Source: Alphaproteobacteria bacterium (lineage in GTDB: Bacteria > Pseudomonadota > Alphaproteobacteria > RF32 > CAG-239). Taken from it: a DNA stretch of 64,000 bases. Below the pieces are notes generated by a model, which worked only from the letters and a program-made list of their open reading frames with translations, was not told the DNA's origin and did not search any database. The stretch's first letter is position 1, and the number at the start of each line of letters is the position of its first letter. The DNA is taken from positions 86,090 through 150,089 of the forward strand of contig JAFUSA010000008.1 in the NCBI GenBank assembly GCA_017480745.1, read 5' to 3'. The position numbers and the translations under genes are program-made. This document shows positions 1 through 10,383 of this stretch, one piece after another.

Positions 1-1043
1 TCAGCGCTTAAATTAAATCCACACACTTGTCCGTTTTCGTAAATCATTTGCAGAGCCACTTGCGATGATCTTTTAATCTGTTTATAAAGGTCTTCTAATT
101 CGGCACGACTTTTTATGATATGTTGTTGCACTTGCGGTTGAATATTTTGTTGTTCGGGAATGTTATTTTCAGTGTTACACCCGCGCTCTTGAGCCCATTT
201 TTCTAATTTTGGGCGAATACTTTTAAAGCCAAGCTCATCGGCAAAAGCCAAAAGTTTTGGAGCGTCCGGTGCACAACATTTGAACAAACTTATATCATGT
301 TCAAGCGGAACATCGTCTTTCAGAGTAACCAATTTTAAAGATATTTGTGCCGCTTCTTTATTTTGTTCGATCAATTCGCGACGTTTATTTTGTTTTATTT
401 TATCGGCATTATCCAAAACCCTCTGCAATGAACCATATTCGTTAACCAATTCAGCAGCCGTTTTAGGGCCTATGCCGGGAACTCCCGGAACATTATCTAT
501 TTTATCGCCGGAAAGCGCCTGAACATCTACTATTTTTTCAGGATAAACACCAAATTTTTCTTTTACGTCTTCACGGGTAAAAAATTTATCTTTCATTGCA
601 TCATAAAACTGCACTTGCGGCCTCATGAGCTGCATTAAATCCTTATCTGCCGAAACCACAACAACTTCATGCCCTTGTTCCAATGCTTGTTTGGTATATG
701 AGGCAATCAAGTCATCGGCTTCATAACCTTCTTGCAAAACATAGGGAAAACCCATAACTTCAATGGCTTGATGAATTAAATCAAATTGAGGAATAAGCAT
801 TTCAGGTGTTTCTGCGCGATTTGTTTTATAAGCCGGAAAAATATTATTGCGAAAATTTTGCCGTTTGGCATCTAATAAAACCACGCAATAATCACACGGA
901 ATATTTTTCATAAGGCGCATAAACATAGTAACAAACCCGTAAACAGCATTAACCGGAGTTCCGTTTGGCGCCGTCATAATCGGCAATGCATAAAAAGCGC
1001 GAAAAATATATCCAGAACCGTCTATTAAACAAACCTTAGCCAT
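1..1043 (-). CDS. polA: DNA polymerase I, N-terminal 5'-3' exonuclease domain (partial; continues past the left edge)
   Basis: My translation of the minus strand from ATG at 1043 gives MAKVCLIDGSGYIFRAFYALP...EADDLIASY...GVPGIGPKTAAELV. This matches 5'-nuclease/FEN motifs. The ORF is absent from the track because it has no stop in the window. Confidence 0.85.
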   Translation of the reverse strand, partial: MAKVCLIDGSGYIFRAFYALPIMTAPNGTPVNAVYGFVTMFMRLMKNIPCDYCVVLLDAKRQNFRNNIFPAYKTNRAETPEMLIPQFDLIHQAIEVMGFPYVLQEGYEADDLIASYTKQALEQGHEVVVVSADKDLMQLMRPQVQFYDAMKDKFFTREDVKEKFGVYPEKIVDVQALSGDKIDNVPGVPGIGPKTAAELVNEYGSLQRVLDNADKIKQNKRRELIEQNKEAAQISLKLVTLKDDVPLEHDISLFKCCAPDAPKLLAFADELGFKSIRPKLEKWAQERGCNTENNIPEQQNIQPQVQQHIIKSRAELEDLYKQIKRSSQVALQMIYENGQVCGFNLSA

Positions 1044-1144
1044 CTTATTTTCTCCCAAGATGTAATATAAACTCTTTTTTTGTTTGCGCAAAGTATTTTA
1101 AAATTTACTCCCAAGCTTTATAATTTCTTTAACTTCTGTGCGTT

Positions 1145-3211
1145 ATGATAGCTCAATTTTTAATGGGGAATGATATGCCGCAAACGCAACGTAAAAAAAC
1201 AAGCAAATCAGTAGATAAATCAGAAAATAAAAAAACAAGACGGCGCACTCCCGTCAAAAATAAAGTCGCTAAAAAGAAAACAAGCACTGGAAATAAAATT
1301 TCGTGGAAGCGGAGGTTATTTAAATGGTGTTTATATACTTGTTTGACACTGTTTATTGCTCTTTGCGGCTATATTTTTTATTGCTATGTAACCTTGCCTG
1401 ATATTCAAAAAGCAATAACTCGTTCGCGAGAACCTTCAACTGTTGTGTTGGCGGAAAACGGTAACGAAGTTGCCAAGTTCGGAAATGTTTACGCCGAAGT
1501 TATTTATCCGGATAAACTGCCGAAAAATTTAACCGACGCAGTTATTGCCACCGAGGATAGACATTTTTATAGCCATTTCGGGTTTGATATTTTTGGTTTT
1601 GCGCGCGCAATGATTACTAATATTTTTAGAAAACGCTATTCGCAAGGTGCATCTACCATAACTCAACAGGTAGCAAAAAATGTGTTTTTAACTCCGAGTA
1701 AAAACATAAAACGCAAAGTGCAGGAACTCTTACTCTCTTTTTGGTTAGAATACAAATTGAGCAAAAATCAAATTATGGCTCTGTATCTGAATCGCGTTTA
1801 TTTCGGCTCTGGATCATACGGTGCACAGGCGGCGGCAAATTGGTATTTTAACAAAAGTGTTTATGATTTGAATTTGCGCGAAGCAGCCATTTTAGCCGGA
1901 ATGCTGAAAGCGCCGAGTCGCTACAATCCGATTTTTAAGCGTAGCGCCTCACTCAAAAGAGCCGATATTGTTTTGGATAATATGCGTAAAAACGGTTATA
2001 TCAGCGAAAAACAATATAAACAAGCCCTCTCCTTACCTATCAGCGACGGGCGTAAATATCGTGTTAGTGGCGGCAAGCATTTTGCACAATATGTTTATGA
2101 TGAGGTTAACTCCTTTGTTGGCGAACGCTCTGACGATATTGTTATTATTACTACGCTTGATCAAAAGTTACAGGAAACTGCCGAAAAAATTTTGCGAGCA
2201 AAAATATTTAATGCCAAGGAGCAAAAAGTCAGCGAAGGAGCAGTTGTAATCATGGATAAAAACGGAGCTATCAAAGCTATGGTTGGTGGTGTTGATTATA
2301 ACCGCAGTCAATTCAACCGCGCAGTGCAAGCCAAGCGTCAAGCTGGTTCATCATTTAAGCCTTTTGTTTATTTAACGGCTTTGCAATACGGATTTACACC
2401 GGAAAGCAAAATAAATGATGCACCTATTACTATCGGTAAATGGAAACCGGAAAACTACACCAAAAAATATTATGGCGAAGTAAGCCTGAATTATGCTCTA
2501 ACTCACTCGTTGAATGTGGCTACGGTTAATCTTTCACAAGAGTTATACATTAAAGATATTGCCGCCAATGCACATAAAATGGGAATTTCAACCGATATTT
2601 CATTGGCTCCGGCAATGGTTTTGGGCACCAGCGGCGTAAAAGTTTTGGATATGGCAACTGCTTACGCTACTATTGCCAACGGCGGGATAAAAGTATTTCC
2701 GCATGCCATTAACGAAGTTGCCACTAAGGATGGAAGACAGATTTATGTGCGTCAGGAAAATCCCAAAGAGCGTATTTTGGACCAAAGTGTTGTGCGTGGC
2801 ATAACTTCAATGTTAGAAAAAGTTATCACTCAGGGCACCGGACAACGAGCCAAGTTGCCGTTTTTTGCCGCCGGAAAAACCGGTACAACTCAAAATTATC
2901 GAGATGCGTGGTTTATAGGTTGGACCAATAAATATGTGGCAGCCGTTTGGGTTGGTAATGATAATGAAAAACCGATGAATAAAGTAGGTGGCGGTAATTT
3001 GCCGGCAGAAATTTGGCATGATATTATGCTGAGCACGGTAAAAGATATTGACGTTGAAGATGTGGATTTCAGCAACTTCGATATGGAGAAAGAAGAAAAC
3101 GACGATATCGGTGATTTAATAGAAAAGGAAGCCACAGATATTGGTGCATCAGCCGCATCTCCGGCAAAATCTGCTCCGCAATCTATGGAAGAATTGTTAG
3201 AAGAACTGTGA
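1145..3211 (+). CDS. mrcA: Class A penicillin-binding protein (transglycosylase/transpeptidase, PBP1A family)
   Basis: Motifs ATEDRHFYSHFGFD, QGASTITQQ, SSFKPF and KTGTT, with an N-terminal TM helix. Alternative starts at 1163 and 1175. Confidence 0.85.
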   Translation: MIAQFLMGNDMPQTQRKKTSKSVDKSENKKTRRRTPVKNKVAKKKTSTGNKISWKRRLFKWCLYTCLTLFIALCGYIFYCYVTLPDIQKAITRSREPSTVVLAENGNEVAKFGNVYAEVIYPDKLPKNLTDAVIATEDRHFYSHFGFDIFGFARAMITNIFRKRYSQGASTITQQVAKNVFLTPSKNIKRKVQELLLSFWLEYKLSKNQIMALYLNRVYFGSGSYGAQAAANWYFNKSVYDLNLREAAILAGMLKAPSRYNPIFKRSASLKRADIVLDNMRKNGYISEKQYKQALSLPISDGRKYRVSGGKHFAQYVYDEVNSFVGERSDDIVIITTLDQKLQETAEKILRAKIFNAKEQKVSEGAVVIMDKNGAIKAMVGGVDYNRSQFNRAVQAKRQAGSSFKPFVYLTALQYGFTPESKINDAPITIGKWKPENYTKKYYGEVSLNYALTHSLNVATVNLSQELYIKDIAANAHKMGISTDISLAPAMVLGTSGVKVLDMATAYATIANGGIKVFPHAINEVATKDGRQIYVRQENPKERILDQSVVRGITSMLEKVITQGTGQRAKLPFFAAGKTGTTQNYRDAWFIGWTNKYVAAVWVGNDNEKPMNKVGGGNLPAEIWHDIMLSTVKDIDVEDVDFSNFDMEKEENDDIGDLIEKEATDIGASAASPAKSAPQSMEELLEEL

Positions 3212-3275
3212 AAAAGTTTTTGTCTTTCATTTCAGAGCATTATCTATTTTTCTCAGATATTCTGATAGAAACCGT

Positions 3276-3487
3276 TTGACTTTGAATTTTTTTGTGATAT
3301 AGTGAGCATAAGATGAGGTAACTTGTCTGAGGTATCCTAACCTCTCTAACAGCGTCTTTTAGGGCGTAAATTTTTCCGGCCACGGTCGGAAGGTCGCAAA
3401 ATGAAGCAGTGTGCGAATATGCGACACTATTCTGTTAGATAGTTAGGAACTTCCGGCCGTCTTGTCTGAGGCGGTTGTTTTTTTAAC
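3276..3487 (+). promoter_or_regulatory. Class A structured leader (promoter + ~190-nt RNA + terminator hairpin) upstream of a non-pilin ORF
   Basis: TTGACT 3276-3281, 16-nt spacer, TGaTATAGT ending at 3303. Conserved blocks gatgaggtaacttgtctgaggt..acctc, ttccggcc/ggtcggaagg, gtcgca..tgcgac, actat..atagt, then acttccggccgtc..gaggcgg + T-run 3478-3485. Confidence 0.75.
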
Positions 3488-3515
3488 AACAAAAGAGCAA
3501 AAAAGGAAAATAACG

Positions 3516-3791
3516 ATGACTTTTGATGTTGAACACACTTATGACGGAACAGTTAAAGTTCGTCGTCATTATGATTTTTACACAACAGTGGAAATTAAGG
3601 AACGAGATTATCAATTTGTTTTATGCTGGCATTTTTTGGATGAAAAACAAAAAGAACAAGTTTTGCAATATATTCGCCAAATAAGCGATAACAAATTTCC
3701 GTTTCGCGATACATCTCAATACCCGCCATTTAAGCCGAAAAAATACCTTAAAACTCTGTTGAGTATGGCTGATTTATTCCATTGGATGTGA
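3516..3791 (+). CDS. Hypothetical small protein (91 aa)
   Basis: ATG at 3516 is preceded by aaaagga. The track's upstream extension (3462) overlaps the leader terminator, so I trimmed it. No recognisable domain. Confidence 0.55.
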   Translation: MTFDVEHTYDGTVKVRRHYDFYTTVEIKERDYQFVLCWHFLDEKQKEQVLQYIRQISDNKFPFRDTSQYPPFKPKKYLKTLLSMADLFHWM

Positions 3792-3813
3792 AAATTTACT
3801 GTCGGCAATTATG

Positions 3814-4257
3814 TTAAAAACACATACTGACATGATTAGCCGACGGTTGACATTCGCCATTTTTTATCTCATTTACCTTAATCTCAGCCATACCCCACTC
3901 CGGACTTTTGGCAATTTCACATTGAGCTTTATTCAACCCCTTAATGTCCAAACAATAAGAATTAATACTGACCGGTAAAACATCCCATTCTAAGCCTTTC
4001 AGACCGCGAAAATAAAGCAATGATTTTTTGGCTTCACCATAGTTGCCGATGAACATCACTTGAATTTCTGAGTGCACTTGCGCCAAATCCTGCTTAAACT
4101 TAACCAAATTCATAGCATTATTCATCTTGTTTATACCTTCCATGGCTGCCGCATCGGTCGTGCCATCTACCGCCAATGTGCCCAATAAATCACCCATTTG
4201 TGCATTTGCGCTGAAAGCATACAAACAACAAACAAAACTCCACAGTAACTTTTTCAT
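3814..4257 (-). CDS. Secreted hypothetical protein (Sec signal peptide, Cys-containing)
   Basis: N-terminus MKKLLWSFVCCLYAFSANA|Q. Abuts the stop of the upstream ROK gene. Confidence 0.6.
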   Translation of the reverse strand: MKKLLWSFVCCLYAFSANAQMGDLLGTLAVDGTTDAAAMEGINKMNNAMNLVKFKQDLAQVHSEIQVMFIGNYGEAKKSLLYFRGLKGLEWDVLPVSINSYCLDIKGLNKAQCEIAKSPEWGMAEIKVNEIKNGECQPSANHVSMCF

Positions 4258-5061
4258 CTATACCCCTTTCATTTTATTTATACACAGCAAAGCTGCTCCA
4301 ACCATTCCGGCGTTATTCAAACATTTTGCCGCAACAATTTTCGGCGGATTACGCCATTCTTTTTCTGTTATAGCGGCATTAACAAATTCATAATCAACAA
4401 TTTGCGCCAAACTGCCGGATAAGGCAATGACCTCAATATCTAACAAGCGATTAAGCATCTGCAAACCGTCAATCAACCTGTTTTCCCATTGTTTATAAAT
4501 CATTGCGGCTTGATTGTTTTTTTGCTTATATAAATCATAAATAGCAAAGCAATCTTTTTTAGCCAAGGAATAATTCTGCGCCAATTTTTGCAAATCGCGT
4601 CCGGAAAATTTAAAATCATATTCTCCTGCCGCACCGATTTTTCCTCGCATAAGCATTCCATTACAAATCAAACCGCAGCCTACCGCAGTGCCTATGGTTA
4701 GCAATACACCTTGTTGCACATTTTTAAGCTCTCCGATTCGATATTCCGCCCAAGTAGCGGCATTGGCGTCATTTTCTATAATATAAGGAGTTTTACAAAT
4801 ATCGGCTATATCAATTTTTTCGTATCCTGCCGGCAAATTATTCGGTTTTCCCAAAACTCTGTTATTATTTACAACTCCGGCAGTAGCTAATGCGAATCCG
4901 TCAAAATCATATTGCACTGCGGCTGTTTGAAAAATTTGTTCTATCTCGGCAGCGGTTGACGGAGTCGCAACTTTATTTATGTCCGACACAAAATCGCCGC
5001 GTTCGTTTAGCAAAGCCCACACAATTTTAGTTCCGCCAACATCAAAAGACAATATATTCAT
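4258..5061 (-). CDS. ROK-family sugar kinase
   Basis: FDVGGTKI N-terminal ATP motif, ENDANAA, and a Gly-rich GTAVGCG segment. Confidence 0.75.
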   Translation of the reverse strand: MNILSFDVGGTKIVWALLNERGDFVSDINKVATPSTAAEIEQIFQTAAVQYDFDGFALATAGVVNNNRVLGKPNNLPAGYEKIDIADICKTPYIIENDANAATWAEYRIGELKNVQQGVLLTIGTAVGCGLICNGMLMRGKIGAAGEYDFKFSGRDLQKLAQNYSLAKKDCFAIYDLYKQKNNQAAMIYKQWENRLIDGLQMLNRLLDIEVIALSGSLAQIVDYEFVNAAITEKEWRNPPKIVAAKCLNNAGMVGAALLCINKMKGV

Positions 5062-5188
5062 CTTCGCTCTCCTTTATTGTATATCGCTATCACAATAATG
5101 TAAAAACTTTGTTAGCGAAAGAAAAAATCTTTACAATCTCAATAATATTGTGTAGAATATGACATTGTTGTTTTAAGGAACTTTAAAT

Positions 5189-6334
5189 ATGGCACCGCAA
5201 AAATTATCATTGGCAGAAACACAGGCGAAATTTAAGCAATTCTATCAAAAAAATTTGCAAAAAGACTATGAAAATCTGGAAATAAAACGCATAAAATATT
5301 TGAAAAAGTTTTGGCTTTATCTTTTTGCTTATACTGCTTTGCTTTTTATTGTTTTTGCAATTCATAACAGAGGATATATCGGCCAAGATTGGTTTTCGAA
5401 TATAGCTGCCGTAGTAATAATTGCCGGATGTATCGCCGTATATATGCAAATCAGAAATTATCGCGATGACACTAAAAATATGTCTATGAAAAAAGTTCTC
5501 TCTTTTTGGGGTAATTTTTCCTATCATAACAGTTGCAGTTCGTCGCACCCGAAAAATATTAAGTCCTCGGAACTTTTTGCTTATTATAATTGTGAGGAAA
5601 CCGACGAATCTTTTTCCGGTTCATATAGCGGCACCTCAATCAACGTGGCAGAGCAAGAATTACGCATTAAAGGCAACAAACATGATATATACATTTTTCG
5701 TGGAGTGTTAATTTTACTCGATTTTCAAAAAAAATATAATCGCAAAACAGTGGTTATAAGCAAAGGTCGTTGGTGGGGATTTATTAAAAATAATCCATTA
5801 TTCATTATCACATTATCACTTTTAAGCGTACCGTTATTTTTTGCCGGATATATTTTTTTAGAATCCGGTTTACCCAGTGATTGGGGATATTTATATCCGC
5901 TTTTAATACCTTTTGGGGCTTTTTTATTTGTGGCAATTACTTATTTTATTTATCAGCACTATAATCCTAAAAAAGCCACTCAAAAAGTTGTTTTGGAAGA
6001 TTTATCGTTTTTACGCAAATGGAATGTTTATACTAACAACCAAATTGATGCTCGCTATATTTTAACCCCGCATTTTATGGAAAAAATAGTGGAAATCAAA
6101 CGACTTTTTCACGGCCATGCAGTAGATTTTAGCTTTTTCGGCGGTAAATTATTAATTGCAGTGCATACTAACAAAGATATGTTTGAAACAACATCTTTAT
6201 TCAGGCGCGCTACTGATTATCGTCCAATGGCGGAAGTTGTGGAACAGCTACACAGCATTTTTTCGGTAATAGATGTTATTAAAGCACAAAAAAACATATC
6301 AAGCGAAAATATTAACGCAAAAACAAATGGATAA
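5189..6334 (+). CDS. Hypothetical membrane protein (possibly DUF3137-like)
   Basis: Two clusters of TM helices with a coiled N-terminus. Domain assignment is from memory only. Confidence 0.45.
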   Translation: MAPQKLSLAETQAKFKQFYQKNLQKDYENLEIKRIKYLKKFWLYLFAYTALLFIVFAIHNRGYIGQDWFSNIAAVVIIAGCIAVYMQIRNYRDDTKNMSMKKVLSFWGNFSYHNSCSSSHPKNIKSSELFAYYNCEETDESFSGSYSGTSINVAEQELRIKGNKHDIYIFRGVLILLDFQKKYNRKTVVISKGRWWGFIKNNPLFIITLSLLSVPLFFAGYIFLESGLPSDWGYLYPLLIPFGAFLFVAITYFIYQHYNPKKATQKVVLEDLSFLRKWNVYTNNQIDARYILTPHFMEKIVEIKRLFHGHAVDFSFFGGKLLIAVHTNKDMFETTSLFRRATDYRPMAEVVEQLHSIFSVIDVIKAQKNISSENINAKTNG

Positions 6335-6463
6335 TATTGTGGTAATATAATACCGCAATAATAAAATATTGAAAAATTTGCATTTTTTTGTTGACAAGTG
6401 CAAAAATTTGTGTATATTGACCACGAATTTAACAATTTTTTTAATTTTAGAAAGAGATGTAAA

Positions 6464-6934
6464 ATGATTTCTACACACACAACAAAGCCGTCAGACATTG
6501 AAAGAAAATGGTATGTCGTTGATGCCGATGGCGTAGTTTTAGGTCGTCTTTCCGCAGAAATTGCTAAAATTTTGCGCGGCAAGAATAAACCTTATTTTGC
6601 TCCAAATTTGGATTGCGGCGATTATGTCATTGTTATCAATGCGGAAAAAGTTAAATTAACCGGTAAAAAATTAGCTGATAAACACTATTATAAGCACACC
6701 GGTTATATCGGTAGTGTTAAAGACACTACTGCCGGTAAGATTTTGAACAGCAGATTCCCTGAAAGAGTTATTCAAAAAGCAGTTGAAAGAATGATTTCTC
6801 GCAACCCGCTTGGTCGTCAGATGATGACAAAGTTAAAAGTTTACGCCGGTTCGGAGCATCCACACACGGCACAAAATCCGGTTGTTTTGGATATTGCTTC
6901 TCAGAACCCTAAAAATAAAAGGAGTGCTTTATAA
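6464..6934 (+). CDS. rplM: 50S ribosomal protein L13
   Basis: [21 protein letters not shown]...; start trimmed to ATG 6464. Confidence 0.95.
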   Translation: MISTHTTKPSDIERKWYVVDADGVVLGRLSAEIAKILRGKNKPYFAPNLDCGDYVIVINAEKVKLTGKKLADKHYYKHTGYIGSVKDTTAGKILNSRFPERVIQKAVERMISRNPLGRQMMTKLKVYAGSEHPHTAQNPVVLDIASQNPKNKRSAL

Positions 6935-7422
6935 TGGCTAAAAAAATCGAATCTTTGCAAGATATTAAATCTGCTGCAGTTGTTGCTGAAACCGAAGTTA
7001 AAGCCGCTTCTGTCCGCAAACCGGTAAAAGATAAATTCGGTCGTTCTTATGCTACCGGCAAAAGAAAAGATGCTGTTGCCCGCGTATGGATTAAACCGGG
7101 ACATGGTAATATTACCGTTAATGATAAAACTATTGACGAATATTTTGCTCGTCCGGTTTTGAAAATGGTTATCAATCAGCCATTTGTTATTACTAACCGT
7201 GAAAACGAATTTGATGTTGTTTGCACAGTTAAAGGCGGTGGATTATCCGGTCAGGCCGGAGCCATCAAACATGGTATTTCTAAGGCTTTGAATGATTATG
7301 AGCCTGAATTGAGATCTGTTTTGAAACAAGCCGGATTCTTAACACGTGATGATCGTGTTGTTGAACGTAAGAAATACGGTAAAGCTAAAGCTCGCCGTTC
7401 TTACCAATTCAGCAAACGTTAA
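6934..7422 (+). CDS. rpsI: 30S ribosomal protein S9
   Basis: C-terminal [22 protein letters not shown] overlap with rplM. Confidence 0.95.
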   Translation: MAKKIESLQDIKSAAVVAETEVKAASVRKPVKDKFGRSYATGKRKDAVARVWIKPGHGNITVNDKTIDEYFARPVLKMVINQPFVITNRENEFDVVCTVKGGGLSGQAGAIKHGISKALNDYEPELRSVLKQAGFLTRDDRVVERKKYGKAKARRSYQFSKR

Positions 7423-7447
7423 TATTATACGGTTTTGCAAATTACTT

Positions 7448-7482
7448 CTGCCGATTCTGTTATGGAATCGGCAGAAAATTTT
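7448..7482 (+). terminator. Intrinsic terminator after rpsI
   Basis: Stem ctgccgattc / gaatcggcag followed by aaaatttt. Confidence 0.6.
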
Positions 7483-7577
7483 GTGAACTTATTTATTACT
7501 CCGTTAAAACTTGATATTTTAACAAATTTAAAGAGCTCGTATAATAAATTACGAGCTTTTTAATAGGAAAAATTATT

Positions 7578-8108
7578 TTACTCAGGCATTGACAAGCCGA
7601 ACGGATCTTGTTTAGGCTTATCATTTGCCTTTTCTTCCGAGGCAATCGGTTCAACCTCAGAAGTATTTTGCGCTTTTTCTACCGCATTTTGAATTTCATC
7701 AAAACTAAACAGAGGGCTTCCAAAGCGATCAAACACGGTATCTTCATTTAAAACCTGCTGCCATTGCAATTTATGAGCTTCTTCTGACAAAGGCTCAACC
7801 GCATGTTGCAGACTTAAAGCATACACATCATCCCAAGTATAAATTTTTCCCGAATCCAAATTAACATGCGATATTTGATGTGTGTTGGCATCAATATACG
7901 CAAAATGTCCTTTCTCATCTGTGTAATTTTTGCACGGAATATCTATCGGATCCGGATATTCTACTTTTGGAGCGGTATTACTTTTTGTGATTTCAACTGT
8001 TTCAGTTGCAACACCCTGCGCAGAAGATACTTGCGTTTTTCTATCAGTAGAGGTAGCCGAATCTGACTTAATTCCCCTCAAAGCATTAAGCTGTTCAAGC
8101 GTTAGCAT
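7578..8108 (-). CDS. Hypothetical protein (176 aa)
   Basis: Start overlaps the stop of the upstream ORF (TAATG), suggesting translational coupling. No domain recognised. Confidence 0.55.
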   Translation of the reverse strand: MLTLEQLNALRGIKSDSATSTDRKTQVSSAQGVATETVEITKSNTAPKVEYPDPIDIPCKNYTDEKGHFAYIDANTHQISHVNLDSGKIYTWDDVYALSLQHAVEPLSEEAHKLQWQQVLNEDTVFDRFGSPLFSFDEIQNAVEKAQNTSEVEPIASEEKANDKPKQDPFGLSMPE

Positions 8109-8938
8109 TATCTTCCCCCGTAGTCAATCCACTTATCAGATAACATCTTACTTGTGGCAGCGCCATCTAATTTTTGGCCACGACTGATACTGGCTTGTGT
8201 ATCAGCACCATATTGTAATTGTTCTTGCAATATATGGCTAGCCTGATATCTGTCTATTGACTTGAGATGTCCGTCTTTAGTTTTTTCGTAGTGGCGTACA
8301 TTTTTATATACACCATCAGAACCTTTATCATTCGGATCGTAAGTGGTGATAATGTCACCGCGCTGAACAGCGGCTGTGCGCAACTCCTGACCTTCACGAT
8401 CCGCCTTGCGGGCACAACAGAATTTCATATTATCATATTCACGGCGCTTTTCATAATCAATGATTATACCGCCATTAGACATAGGCACACCCATTCCGTC
8501 CGCAAAATGTAATTGATCGCGTAAAGCATAAATGATTTCCGGATCCTTAGTAATTATCATTTCTTTGCCGTGGTATACCTTTGCCGCATAAACACCATTA
8601 TTGGAACCTACCATGCCGACAGCCGTTTTACCGCCGATATCTTGACCGGCCATTTCATCATCATATACTTGAAAATCATTGCGCGCAAAAGCTCCCTTCT
8701 CCTTTTCGTACGGGTGAACATGCTGTCCCCCAAAGGAGGCATAAGGATTTTCAACCAGATTATAATGTCCATCCGTCTGCCCATCACTAACCTTAATGTT
8801 CTCATAATCTTTGACAACCATGAATGTATTTTCAGCAAAGCCCATTTCCTTCAATTTGGTGCTTAATGGTTTCACTTCGTAACTTTCAGGATTATGCACC
8901 ATTTCCTTCCAAGTAGTATCTCTTGACTGCCATGACAT
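8108..8938 (-). CDS. Hypothetical protein (276 aa)
   Basis: Start trimmed to ATG 8938 (MSWQSRDTTWKE) behind a strong RBS, aaggag. The track extension to 9052 runs through the leader hairpin. Confidence 0.6.
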   Translation of the reverse strand: MSWQSRDTTWKEMVHNPESYEVKPLSTKLKEMGFAENTFMVVKDYENIKVSDGQTDGHYNLVENPYASFGGQHVHPYEKEKGAFARNDFQVYDDEMAGQDIGGKTAVGMVGSNNGVYAAKVYHGKEMIITKDPEIIYALRDQLHFADGMGVPMSNGGIIIDYEKRREYDNMKFCCARKADREGQELRTAAVQRGDIITTYDPNDKGSDGVYKNVRHYEKTKDGHLKSIDRYQASHILQEQLQYGADTQASISRGQKLDGAATSKMLSDKWIDYGGR

Positions 8939-8959
8939 CTCTTTTCTCCTTAATTTGTT

Positions 8960-9128
8960 AAAACGACAAAGCCGCCCGAACCGGCGGCAGAGGAGTGCAA
9001 AATCATATTTGTACAAAGGAACAACGGTTTCAGCATTGCATACAAACAACACCGGTACAAATAGGAGCTTTGCAGGCCCCGAACCAAAGTTCTATATTCA
9101 TTATACCCTAAAAAAAAATAAAAGTCAA
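8960..9128 (-). promoter_or_regulatory. Short class-B-like leader (promoter + 5' hairpins + terminator hairpin) upstream of a non-pilin operon
   Basis: On the minus strand: TTGACT (9128-9123), 17-nt spacer, TATAAT (9105-9100). Then agaactttggttcggggcctgcaaagctcc as in class B, ending ctgccgccggttcgggcggctttgtcgtttt. Confidence 0.65.
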
Positions 9129-9244
9129 ACAGTTTTACAGCATCTGTTACAAATTTCAGCGGATAAAATAATTCATTGTTTGCCTTTTGCAAAAAAATAA
9201 GAGATAAATAGTAACAGATATTTTAACAAGGTAAGGATTTGATT

Positions 9245-10276
9245 ATGGAAAAAGATAAAGCATTAGAAGCCGCATTAAGCCAAATTGAACGCGCTTTCGG
9301 CAAAGGCTCCGTTATGCGTCTCGGGCAAAATACCAATATTGATATCGAGGCAATTTCTACCGGTTCGTTAGGTATAGATATAGCGCTTGGTATTGGTGGT
9401 ATGCCTAAGGGGCGTATTGTTGAAATTTACGGTCCGGAGAGTTCCGGCAAAACCACTTTGGCATTAAGCGTTATTGCGCAAGCGCAGAAAAAAGGCGGAA
9501 CTTGTGCTTTTGTAGATGCTGAACATGCCTTAGACCCATCTTATGCCAAAAAAATCGGTGTAGATGTAGAAAATTTGTTAGTTTCGCAACCGGATTCCGG
9601 TGAACAAGCTTTGGAAATCGCCGACACGTTGGTGCGCTCCGGAGCCATTGATGTTATGGTAGTAGATTCGGTAGCTGCTTTGGTTCCAAAGGCAGAACTT
9701 GAAGGTGAAATGGGCGATTCGCATATGGGGTTACAGGCGCGCCTTATGAGTCAGGCCTTGCGTAAACTAACGGCAACGGTGGCTCGTTCCAATACCTTAA
9801 TTATATTCATTAACCAAATTCGCATGAAAATCGGCGTAATGTTTGGTAATCCGGAAACCACAACCGGAGGTAATGCTCTTAAATTTTATGCCTCAGTGCG
9901 CATAGATATTCGTCGTGTTGGCGCTATTAAAGACAAAGACGACGTTATCGGTTCGCAAACACGCGTTAAAATTGTTAAAAACAAGGTTGCTCCTCCTTTT
10001 AAGACTGTTGACTTTGACATTATGTATGGAGAAGGTATATCCAAAACCGGTGAATTAATTGACTTGGGTGTTAAATCCGGTATTGTAGATAAGGCCGGTG
10101 CATGGTTCTCGTATAACGGCGATAAAATCGGACAAGGAAGAGAAAATGCTAAAATTTTCTTGAAAGAGCATCCGGAAATTGCCGCTGAAATTGAAACAAA
10201 AATTCGTGCTGACGCCGGTCATTTAACCACCGAAATGATTGGGGATGATAATGAACCGATGGATGATGAAGATTAA
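9245..10276 (+). CDS. recA: Recombinase A
   Basis: [10 protein letters not shown] Walker A and overall RecA sequence. ATG 9245 preferred over the TTG at 9239. Confidence 0.97.
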   Translation: MEKDKALEAALSQIERAFGKGSVMRLGQNTNIDIEAISTGSLGIDIALGIGGMPKGRIVEIYGPESSGKTTLALSVIAQAQKKGGTCAFVDAEHALDPSYAKKIGVDVENLLVSQPDSGEQALEIADTLVRSGAIDVMVVDSVAALVPKAELEGEMGDSHMGLQARLMSQALRKLTATVARSNTLIIFINQIRMKIGVMFGNPETTTGGNALKFYASVRIDIRRVGAIKDKDDVIGSQTRVKIVKNKVAPPFKTVDFDIMYGEGISKTGELIDLGVKSGIVDKAGAWFSYNGDKIGQGRENAKIFLKEHPEIAAEIETKIRADAGHLTTEMIGDDNEPMDDED

Positions 10277-10302
10277 TTAAGCGGATTCTTGTTATAAAAT
10301 AT

Positions 10303-10343
10303 ACCGCCGATTTCATTAATGTGGATTCGGCGGTGTTTTTTTT
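10303..10343 (+). terminator. Intrinsic terminator after recA
   Basis: accgccga...tcggcggt stem followed by an 8-nt T-run. Confidence 0.8.
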
Positions 10344-10383
10344 GATATCCATATTTTTTTATTTAACAGATAAACTTATGTGA

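Noticed and set aside
9081-9096. GAAC-N4-GTTC in class B leaders resembles half-sites of the alphaproteobacterial LexA box (GTTC-N7-GTTC / GAAC-N7-GAAC), and one copy lies near recA.
   Set aside because: The spacing is 4 nt rather than 7, the repeat is inverted rather than direct, and the motif occurs in all class B leaders irrespective of context. It is better read as an RNA tetraloop hairpin.
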